A stretch of DNA of 64,000 nucleotides from an uncultured Pelagibacteraceae bacterium (GTDB taxonomy: Bacteria; Pseudomonadota; Alphaproteobacteria; Pelagibacterales; Pelagibacteraceae): assembly GCA_902588595.1 (NCBI GenBank), contig CACIPT010000001.1, positions 11,948 to 75,947 of the forward strand, given 5' to 3'. Below are positions 52,906 through 61,106 of the stretch, in pieces; position 1 is the stretch's first letter; every line of letters starts with the position of its first letter. Under the pieces are notes generated by a model. The model was not told where the DNA came from. It ran no database searches and worked only from the letters and a program-made list of their open reading frames with translations. The translations under genes and the position numbers were made by a program.

Positions 52906-53841
52906 ATGGTCAACGAATACATAAAAAATGGTTTTGCAATATTAGACAACCCTTACGACAAAGAATATATAAAAACACTTAAGAATGAAATCAATTCTTT
53001 ATTTAAAGATGATGAAGAAACTTCTTTAAGTGTTGGCGGAATAAATAACGAAGTTATATTTAAAAAAATTCTCAATATATTAAACACAAATGAAATTCAA
53101 GAATTTGTTAAATCTTTAAGTGATCACTATAACACTAGCGTTTCATTGCTTCCAAATTTTCACATAATGAGAAATTATCATGTGAATAGACTTAAAGCGA
53201 ACAGAATAGGTTGGCATAGAGACGTTGCTTCAGAATTTAGTTATCAATACTGTAAAGATAAAATAAATAATAATAAATACGTTTTCGGTAAAGTTGGCAT
53301 TTTTCTTCAAGAAAACTCAGATGATTATGGTGGAGCTGTTGATGTAATTCCGAGATCACAATTAAATGTAAAAAAAAATATATTATTACGTATGATGTTT
53401 AGTTTGAGATTGCAATTATTAGTTATAATACAACAAAAATTTTTGAATTTTTATAAATTATTACCTGAAAAATTTTACATGTTTTTGTTAAGTGCAAAAA
53501 AAATTAAAGCAAAGCCAGGATCACCAGTTTTTTTTGATAGTAGAACACAACATCGAGGATCTCCATTAAAAGATAAATTTTTGTCAAATACTAAACGTTT
53601 AGGAGATATGCATATTCTGGTTCCTAAAACACATACAAAAATAAGTATATATGCCTATTTTGGATCTACTGACGGTGCAGACTCATACATGTATGCAAGA
53701 ACCAAAAGAGAAACGGAAGGTTATAAAAAATATTTTAGTGGTTGGGTAAGAGAAGTGGAGAAATATAAAAATTTTAATAGTTTATATAATTCAATGAAAT
53801 CTGTAATAAATCCACTTAAAGATAAATACAAAGATAATTAA
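52906..53841 (+). CDS. Hypothetical protein, PhyH-like Fe(II)/2-oxoglutarate dioxygenase fold
   Basis: NGFAIL N-terminus, GWHRD (HxD), GGAVDVIPRS, PGSPVFFDSRTQHRG (distal His). Confidence 0.65.
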   Translation: MVNEYIKNGFAILDNPYDKEYIKTLKNEINSLFKDDEETSLSVGGINNEVIFKKILNILNTNEIQEFVKSLSDHYNTSVSLLPNFHIMRNYHVNRLKANRIGWHRDVASEFSYQYCKDKINNNKYVFGKVGIFLQENSDDYGGAVDVIPRSQLNVKKNILLRMMFSLRLQLLVIIQQKFLNFYKLLPEKFYMFLLSAKKIKAKPGSPVFFDSRTQHRGSPLKDKFLSNTKRLGDMHILVPKTHTKISIYAYFGSTDGADSYMYARTKRETEGYKKYFSGWVREVEKYKNFNSLYNSMKSVINPLKDKYKDN

Positions 53842-53892
53842 ATTAAATTAAAATTTTCTAATTAATCTTTTTTTTGTTTAAAATAATCTTTC

Positions 53893-55761
53893 TTAATAAT
53901 TATAAATTAAGTTCTGATTTTTTAACATTTGAATAAACTCATCAAATTTTGCTACTAAGGTTTCAGACCCCTCGATAGATAAATGACTTGCATCTCTCAA
54001 TAGCAATAAGTCTTTAGTTTTGTCATATATTGCACATTCTGATTTTGGGCATAAGATTTCATAGGTATCAAATATAAAAATTTGATTATTTGTTGAAATA
54101 AAGTTTTCTATTTCCTTAAATAATTTATTTAAAGATCTTTTTTTAAAGTCTAAATTTTTATTAATTTTGCATGTTTTTTGTTGAATTAAGCACTTGGACG
54201 GTTGAAATATATTTTTTGGATATGGGTTAGGCATAAATAAAATAAATTTTATACTTTTATGAAATTTTGCATGATTTAAAACAACTTCATTAAATTTTCC
54301 CATATGCTCAATATCTGTAACATAAATAATTTCATCAAATTTTTTTTTTAATTCGTTAATTATTTCAACAGATATTTGATAATCTGTTGTGTGTTTATAA
54401 TAAATATTTTCAATTGAATTTAATTTTTCAAATATTGGGAGATACTGAGCAGTTTGGCTACCTCCTTCAATAAAAAAAAGAGTTTTATAATCTTTTTGTT
54501 TCAAACATTCTACTTTTAAATTGTCTGAATTTTTTCTGAAATTTATAGAATCTTCTTTGCAATGGTCATAAACTTTTTTTCCAGATATATTAATTAAATC
54601 TTGAAATGCGAATCTTTTATTCCAATTGTATTTATAATTTAAGTAGTTTGAATTATTAACAAAATTTCTAAGATTTTGTCTTATATCGTTATTGAAATAT
54701 TTAATATAAACTAAAAAAATTAATACTAATGAAATAAAAGAAATTGCAAAATATAGAAATTTTCCAAATTTAAGGTATCTAAATTTTTGTTCAATAAAAT
54801 GGTAACTTATAATTGATAGTATTACTGTAAAAATAAAACTTAAGATTATATTTAAACTGAATGTGTTTAAAACGTATAATTCAAAAAAAAACAATACTGG
54901 TAAATGCCATAGATAAAATGAGTATGAAATATTACCAAAATAAACCAATGTATTATTCTCGATAAGTGCTAATTTAGAAAAAAATACTATGAACACACCA
55001 CTTAATAGAACAATAATTAAATTAAGATAAAAATAATCATAACTATTAGGACTGAAAATCAAATAAATTATAAATAAAAGTGAACCTAAAGAGATAAAGT
55101 TATTTTTTTTTACTCTAAGACTATTAATAAATAATATCCCGCCAAAAATTAACTCCCAAAACCTTAAAGGTGATAAATAAAAAGCTATTAATGGATTACT
55201 CTCCAATTTTATATTGAAAAAAATTAATGAAATAATAAATATGATTAAAAAGATTATTTGTAGCTTAAGTAGCTTGTTATTTTTAAAAAGAAAAATTACA
55301 AAAATTAAAAAAGGATAAAACAAATAAAATTGTTCCACAGCGCTAAGGGACCATGCGTGTGCTAAAGGATCGTCAAATATGTCGTCAAAATAATCTGCTC
55401 TATTAACTATGTAGTAAATATTTGAAATTCCCAAAAAAACACTTATTGTCTCATTCCATATTCCCATGTTAGGGGGACCAAAAATTAGATAAGCAAAATA
55501 TGTGATGCCTACTATAAAAAATAAATTTGGAATAATTCTTTTAATTCTGTGGATATAAAAACTTGTAAGATTAATTTTTTTTTCAATTTCATAATTTTGA
55601 AAAATTCTTTTTGTGATTACGAATCCTGAAATAACAAAAAATATGTCGACACCTAAAAATCCTTTATTAAATAAAGGAATATTTGTATGATACAAAAAAA
55701 TACAAAATACTGAAAAACCTCTAAGAAATTGAATGTGTTTCTTGTATTCGAAATCAAACAT
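53893..55761 (-). CDS. Acyltransferase-3 plus SGNH-domain O-acyltransferase (OafA/OatA-like)
   Basis: LRGFSV...H, GFLGVDIFFVISGF, RIKRIIP, HAWSL..EQFY, ISYSFYLWHLP; C-terminal C..C and RDASHLS. Confidence 0.9.
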   Translation of the reverse strand: MFDFEYKKHIQFLRGFSVFCIFLYHTNIPLFNKGFLGVDIFFVISGFVITKRIFQNYEIEKKINLTSFYIHRIKRIIPNLFFIVGITYFAYLIFGPPNMGIWNETISVFLGISNIYYIVNRADYFDDIFDDPLAHAWSLSAVEQFYLFYPFLIFVIFLFKNNKLLKLQIIFLIIFIISLIFFNIKLESNPLIAFYLSPLRFWELIFGGILFINSLRVKKNNFISLGSLLFIIYLIFSPNSYDYFYLNLIIVLLSGVFIVFFSKLALIENNTLVYFGNISYSFYLWHLPVLFFFELYVLNTFSLNIILSFIFTVILSIISYHFIEQKFRYLKFGKFLYFAISFISLVLIFLVYIKYFNNDIRQNLRNFVNNSNYLNYKYNWNKRFAFQDLINISGKKVYDHCKEDSINFRKNSDNLKVECLKQKDYKTLFFIEGGSQTAQYLPIFEKLNSIENIYYKHTTDYQISVEIINELKKKFDEIIYVTDIEHMGKFNEVVLNHAKFHKSIKFILFMPNPYPKNIFQPSKCLIQQKTCKINKNLDFKKRSLNKLFKEIENFISTNNQIFIFDTYEILCPKSECAIYDKTKDLLLLRDASHLSIEGSETLVAKFDEFIQMLKNQNLIYNY

Positions 55762-55781
55762 ATTTTATAAAAAATAAATAA

Positions 55782-56729
55782 TTAAACTAATTTATCTTTG
55801 AGATTAAAAGCTTCCATTAATTCGTTCCATTCTCTTTTTGAAAGGCCAGAGTTTTCCAAAGAGATGTCTTCACCTTTAATAAATTTTTGAATTATAGTCT
55901 TTCCTTTAGCTGAAACTTCGGTTCCTCCAACTCTATAATCCATAAAAGCATCATAGGTAATTGGTACCCATTTTTTTAATGTTTCTAACATTGTTTCTGC
56001 ATAAACTCTTATTTCATATTGCGCATGACTATCAGCTCTAAGTCTTAAAAAATTCATTAAATTAAGTAAATCAGTTTTCCAGTACCATTGTGTGTAAGTA
56101 TTTAAAGTTAAATTCATTCTAGCTAGTTCCCTTGCTAGACCAACTTCTTTTTCATCTATTACAGAGCCGTCATAACGTTCATTGAGCATCGTTTCGTAAT
56201 TATTATAAGTTTGCTCTGCATCGTTTTTTAAAAGATTTAAAACTTTTTTTGCTTGCTCCCCTTGAAGCACATCTCCTCTTCCTTGTCTATTGCTTTGAGA
56301 TTGAGCTGCTAAATGTTTGGTTTTTGGCAGGTAAAATTCTTTATCTAAAATTGAATACCTTGCAGAGTATTCATTAACATTCGCTGTTCTGTGCCTAATC
56401 CACTGTCTTGCAATAAAAATGGGTAACTTTACATGATATTTTATTTCACACATTTCAAACGGAGTGCTATGCCAATGTCTCATTAAGTATCTAATTAATC
56501 CTGAATCAGTTGAAACTTTTTTTGTGCCTTTGCCGTAAGAGACTCTTGCTGCTTGAACAATAGATGTATCGTTGCCCATATAATCTACTACTCTTACAAA
56601 ACCATGGTCTAGAATAGGTATTGCTTCATAAAGAATTCTTTCAAGCTCAGGTGCAGTAACCCTTTTTGTTCTAGTTTCTTGACTTTGCTGCTCTTTTATC
56701 TCTTGATCTTGTTCTTTAGTTAATTTCAT
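55782..56729 (-). CDS. thyX: FAD-dependent thymidylate synthase
   Basis: [48 protein letters not shown]. Confidence 0.97.
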   Translation of the reverse strand: MKLTKEQDQEIKEQQSQETRTKRVTAPELERILYEAIPILDHGFVRVVDYMGNDTSIVQAARVSYGKGTKKVSTDSGLIRYLMRHWHSTPFEMCEIKYHVKLPIFIARQWIRHRTANVNEYSARYSILDKEFYLPKTKHLAAQSQSNRQGRGDVLQGEQAKKVLNLLKNDAEQTYNNYETMLNERYDGSVIDEKEVGLARELARMNLTLNTYTQWYWKTDLLNLMNFLRLRADSHAQYEIRVYAETMLETLKKWVPITYDAFMDYRVGGTEVSAKGKTIIQKFIKGEDISLENSGLSKREWNELMEAFNLKDKLV

Positions 56730-56774
56730 GAATAAAATATTGAATCTATTTAATTTACTTTTATATTAATAATG

Positions 56775-57030
56775 TTGGTTTTCCAACTACGACGATAAAC
56801 GAATTTCGTAATAAGCATTGCGGACGTGGGGGCAGTACCCACCACCTCCACCAATTTCAACTTATGGGGGTGAACCAGAATCGACGAGTGTCTAAAAGTT
56901 ATTCTTTCGTTCGGTATTGTTCCGCCGTAATGGGCTAATTTATAAATGCTAACGAAAGTTACGCACTTGCAGCTTAATTAATTTATTAATTAAGTTACGG
57001 GGTCCGGGGCACCTGGCAACAGAACGCCCC
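56775..57030 (+). ncRNA. ssrA: tmRNA, permuted two-piece alphaproteobacterial type; tag peptide ANESYALAA
   Basis: Acceptor piece ends ...GTGGGGGCAGTACCCACCACCTCCACCA (56853); short intervening segment; coding piece starts GGGGGTGAA...TCGAC (56866); tag frame 56948-56977; outer ends approximate. Confidence 0.92.
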
Positions 57031-57184
57031 TTAAAAACTAAAAATAATCCTTTAAATATTATCGTTAATAAATTCTGTACGGGATATGTACGGAATTTTA
57101 TATACCTAATTTTTTTAAATCTTTTGCAACTTTCATAAGTTCATCTGCAGTTGCGTTGTTTTTTAACTTTAATTAAATTTATCT

Positions 57185-57415
57185 TTATTTGTTTAAAAAT
57201 TGAGTAATGGACTTAACAGAATTTAATTCTCCTACTTTTGCAGTCTTGATTTGAATATTAAATTCTTTTTCTATATCAACTATAATATTTATGTGAGCCA
57301 AGCTATCCCACCTATCAATCGTTTCTGCTGAAGTTTCAAGATTTATAAATTCTTCTTTTACTTTAGTGTGTTTAGAAATTATTTTTGATATTTTGTTAAA
57401 ATTTATATCACTCAT
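57185..57415 (-). CDS. Acyl carrier protein (stand-alone, DltC-like)
   Basis: 76 aa; WDSLAHI phosphopantetheine serine; IEKEFNI. Confidence 0.88.
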   Translation of the reverse strand: MSDINFNKISKIISKHTKVKEEFINLETSAETIDRWDSLAHINIIVDIEKEFNIQIKTAKVGELNSVKSITQFLNK

Positions 57416-59132
57416 AATTTTTGACTACATATTGTATTTCATTAACAATTTCACTATTTAAAATTGTAGATAAATCACCATAATCGTTAGATTTAGGATT
57501 TAATAATATGTCTCGCAGAAGTCTTCTTAAAATCTTACCACTTCTTGTTTTAGGTAATTCACTTAAGTAATAGATTTTCTTTGGAAGCGCATAAACTCCA
57601 AATATAGATTTAATTTTACTATTAATTTTTTCATCTAGATCTTTTAATTTACTGACAACAAATAAATAGAGTATATGTCCCTCCAACTCATCTTCGATTG
57701 ATATTGCGCTACATTCAAAGATCTCTTTTAATTTCAGAACAGTTGATTCAATTTCTTCGGAACCAATTCTATGACCTCTAATATTTATTACATCATCCAA
57801 TCTACCATGTACCAAGATATTATTATTTTTGGTGGTGCCTAAATCAAACATTCTAAAATTATTTTGTTTGTCCCAGTATTTTTTCCATTCACCATATCCA
57901 TTTAAAACATTTATCATGCACCCAGGCCATAAATTTTCTACCTTAATTTCCCTCTTTTTATTTTTATGTAATTTTGAGAGTTTTATATATTTATTTAGTG
58001 GTTTACCAGCTGAACCATGTGGAGAAAATTTACATGTCTCATTATATTTTGGTGAACAAATTATGGCACCTGTTTCAGTTTGGTAGTAAGTATTCACTAT
58101 AGCTTTTTTACCATTCGAAAAGCATTTTGAAAACCATTGACCCACAGCAGGTGCAAGAGGTTCACCCATTGAGCCTAAAGTTATTATAGATTTATATTTA
58201 TGTTTATTCTTAAAAATTTTTTTCATTAATCTTATTAGAGTTACAGGCAAATATAATATTGATATTTTTAATTTAAATAATTTTTTTAAAAATGTTTCAT
58301 TTAATAAAGAAATTGGTCTTTCCATCAAGATAGTAGTGGCTCCAATTGCTAGCGGTCCAAAAAGTGAATAATTGTGTCCATTTATCCAACCGGCATCAGA
58401 AGCAGTTAAAATTATAGAGTTTTTTTTCATTCCAAATTGATGTTTGCAGGTGTAAACAACATACAAAAGAAATCCACCATACGAATGAGTGATTCCTTTT
58501 GGGTCGCCAGTTGAACCTGAGGTAAAAATTGAAAAAAAATTATCGCCACTATTTATATTTTTATTATTTTTTATCAATCGAACATTTTCAAGTTTTATAT
58601 TATGGAAATATATTATTTTGAGTTTTTTTAATTTTGAAACTTTTGAAAAAAACTCTATTAAATCTGTATTTTTTGAAATAGAAAAAATGATATCAGGTTT
58701 GAATATTCTTATTCTTTTTTCTATCGCTTGTTTAGCTAAATCTTCAAAAACAACAGAAAAATGAATTCCTAATTTTGCACAAGATAGCATTGATACCGCT
58801 GACCATTTTGAACTTGATGCATGAATCATTACTCTATTTATTTTTTTGTTATTTGTTGATTTAATTAAATAAGAACAAAATTTGTTGATTTGAATATCTA
58901 ACGCTTTGTAAGTTAAAGAACTTATTTTGTTATCTTTATCTACAAAATATATTGCTATTTTGTTTTTCGTTTTATCATCAAGATGTTGTTCAACACAATT
59001 AGAATAGATGTTTAGTTTACCATCCGGAAACCAAGTAAAGTAATTATTTTTTTTTTGCTTCAGGGCTGTTTTTGGTTTTTTAATCCACTTAATTAATTTG
59101 CTTTGTGTTAACCAGTATTTTTTAAAATTCAT
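57408..59132 (-). CDS. AMP-forming acyl ligase, divergent acetyl/propionyl-CoA synthetase-like
   Basis: WFPDGKLN, FTSGSTGDPKG, DAGWINGH, GEP, YYQTETG, GRLDDVINIRGHRIG, LPKTRSGKILRR; overlaps the ACP gene. Confidence 0.88.
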   Translation of the reverse strand: MNFKKYWLTQSKLIKWIKKPKTALKQKKNNYFTWFPDGKLNIYSNCVEQHLDDKTKNKIAIYFVDKDNKISSLTYKALDIQINKFCSYLIKSTNNKKINRVMIHASSSKWSAVSMLSCAKLGIHFSVVFEDLAKQAIEKRIRIFKPDIIFSISKNTDLIEFFSKVSKLKKLKIIYFHNIKLENVRLIKNNKNINSGDNFFSIFTSGSTGDPKGITHSYGGFLLYVVYTCKHQFGMKKNSIILTASDAGWINGHNYSLFGPLAIGATTILMERPISLLNETFLKKLFKLKISILYLPVTLIRLMKKIFKNKHKYKSIITLGSMGEPLAPAVGQWFSKCFSNGKKAIVNTYYQTETGAIICSPKYNETCKFSPHGSAGKPLNKYIKLSKLHKNKKREIKVENLWPGCMINVLNGYGEWKKYWDKQNNFRMFDLGTTKNNNILVHGRLDDVINIRGHRIGSEEIESTVLKLKEIFECSAISIEDELEGHILYLFVVSKLKDLDEKINSKIKSIFGVYALPKKIYYLSELPKTRSGKILRRLLRDILLNPKSNDYGDLSTILNSEIVNEIQYVVKNYE

Positions 59133-59247
59133 TCGAAGAAATTACTCTTGTTTTTAATAAAGTTTAAGCTATTTTATTTGATTCTTCCCATTCATTACCA
59201 ATAATAGCATTTAATGCGTCAGAATAAATTAATGACAATCCAATTTC

Positions 59248-60255
59248 ATGTTGGTAAGTTTTGATATGGAAGCTAATGCAGAGATAAAAAAAGTAACTGA
59301 CCCAATTTATCGGAAAGTCTCAAAAGCAATCCCGGAAATAGAATGGGCTATTCATGCTCCATATATTTACAAAATTAATAAACTTAAAAAAGAAAAAAAT
59401 GCTGTAATTCTTGCTCACAATTATCAAACACCAGAAATATATCATGGCATTTCAGATTTTTCAGCTGACTCTCTTGCTCTTGCTGTTGAGGCGGCAAAAA
59501 CTAAAGCTGACATTATAGTAATGTGCGGAGTTCATTTTATGGCTGAAACTGCAAAACTAATGAGTCCTGAAAAAAAAGTTCTTCTCCCAGACATGAGTGC
59601 AGGTTGTTCTTTATCTTCATCAATCACAGGTGAGGACGTTAGAAAATTAAAAAAAAAATACCCTGGAGTTCCGGTAGTTTCTTACGTTAATACATCTGCT
59701 GAAGTAAAAGCTGAAACTGATGTATGTTGCACATCTGCTAATGCTGTAAAAATTGTACAGTCATTAGGAGTAAAAAAAGTTATTTTCTTGCCTGATGATT
59801 TTTTGGCAAAATATGTTGCTTCTCAAACAGATGTGGAAATTATTTCTTGGAAAGGTACATGTGAAGTTCATGAACAATTTAATGATCAAGAAATAAATGA
59901 AATTAGAAAAAGTAATCCAGGTATTAAGATAATTGCTCATCCTGAATGTCCTCCAGACGTAATAAGAGCTAGTGATTTTGCAGGATCCACTAGTGGTATG
60001 ATAAAATATGTTAAAGACAATCAACCAGAAAAAGTAATGATGGTTACTGAGTGTTCAATGAGTGATAATGTCCAAATTGATAATCCAAATGTAAAATTTG
60101 TTCGTCCATGTAATTTATGTCCACATATGAAAAAAATAACATTACCAAAAGTATTGGATTGTTTAGAAAACGAAACTAATGAATTAATAATGGATAAAGA
60201 AACTATAGAAAAAGCTAGAAAGCCTGTAGAAAGAATGGCAGAGATAGGCAGATAA
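59248..60255 (+). CDS. nadA: Quinolinate synthase
   Basis: ILAHNYQ, CGVHFMAETAK, AGCSL, YVNTSA, CEVH, AHPEC, CPHMK; true start may be ATG 59266. Confidence 0.97.
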   Translation: MLVSFDMEANAEIKKVTDPIYRKVSKAIPEIEWAIHAPYIYKINKLKKEKNAVILAHNYQTPEIYHGISDFSADSLALAVEAAKTKADIIVMCGVHFMAETAKLMSPEKKVLLPDMSAGCSLSSSITGEDVRKLKKKYPGVPVVSYVNTSAEVKAETDVCCTSANAVKIVQSLGVKKVIFLPDDFLAKYVASQTDVEIISWKGTCEVHEQFNDQEINEIRKSNPGIKIIAHPECPPDVIRASDFAGSTSGMIKYVKDNQPEKVMMVTECSMSDNVQIDNPNVKFVRPCNLCPHMKKITLPKVLDCLENETNELIMDKETIEKARKPVERMAEIGR

Positions 60256-60260
60256 AATCT

Positions 60261-61097
60261 GTGCCAAAAATTAAACTAAGTAAAAATTTCATTATAAATG
60301 TTTGTAAACTAGCGCTAAATGAAGATTTATATCCATCAGGAGATGTTACCTCAAATCTATTAAGAAATAATAGTAAAAAAAAAGTAAAGTTATTATCAAA
60401 TAAATCAGGAATAATAGGTGGTTTAGAATTTGCAAAGCAAACTTTTAAATTAATTGACAAAAAAATTAAAATAAAAATAAAAAAAAAAGAAGGATCCCAA
60501 TTAAAAAAAGGGGATTTGATAGCAATTATTGAAGGTAATATTAAAAATATATTGACTGGTGAAAGAGTTGCCTTAAATTTTTTATCTCATATTTCTGGTA
60601 TTGCTACCAAAACAAATAGGTTTGTAAAAAAAGTAAATAAAAAAACAAAAATTTGTTGTACTAGAAAAACTATTCCAAATTTAAGAGTTATACAAAAATA
60701 TGCAGTCAAACTTGGTGGAGGAGAAAATAATAGATTTAATCTAAGTGATGAATTTTTAATTAAAGATAATCATATTGCTGCAAATAAAAATATTAGAGAA
60801 ATAATCAAAAATGCAATTAAATTTAAAAAAAGAAAAAAAATTACAGTAGAAGTTGATAATCTAAACCAACTAAGAAAAATAATTGGCTTAAAATTTGACC
60901 GAATTTTATTTGATAACATGAGCCCTAAAACTTTGAGGAAGGGAATAAAGCTCTCAAAAAAATTTTATGAAACAGAAGCTTCTGGGGGCGTTACATTAAA
61001 AAATGTAAGAAAAATTGCTGCAACAGGTGTAGAAAGAATTTCTGTTGGTTCTATTACTCATAGTGCACCAGCACTAGATTTAAAACTGCAAATCTAA
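60261..61097 (+). CDS. nadC: Nicotinate-nucleotide diphosphorylase (quinolinate phosphoribosyltransferase)
   Basis: EDL..GDVTS, ERVALNFL, TRKTIP, LIKDNH, VEVD, DNM, EASGG, SITHSA. Confidence 0.96.
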   Translation: MPKIKLSKNFIINVCKLALNEDLYPSGDVTSNLLRNNSKKKVKLLSNKSGIIGGLEFAKQTFKLIDKKIKIKIKKKEGSQLKKGDLIAIIEGNIKNILTGERVALNFLSHISGIATKTNRFVKKVNKKTKICCTRKTIPNLRVIQKYAVKLGGGENNRFNLSDEFLIKDNHIAANKNIREIIKNAIKFKKRKKITVEVDNLNQLRKIIGLKFDRILFDNMSPKTLRKGIKLSKKFYETEASGGVTLKNVRKIAATGVERISVGSITHSAPALDLKLQI

Positions 61098-61106
61098 GAG
61101 TATAAA

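Noticed and set aside
56775-59250. Intact prophage or integrative element at ssrA
   Set aside because: No integrase, phage structural gene or duplicated ssrA end found in the window
59165-59265. Open minus-strand frame ...EIGLSLIYSDALNAIIGNEWEESNKIA* upstream of the ligase
   Set aside because: No start codon or recognisable motif; overlaps the probable divergent promoter region of nadA
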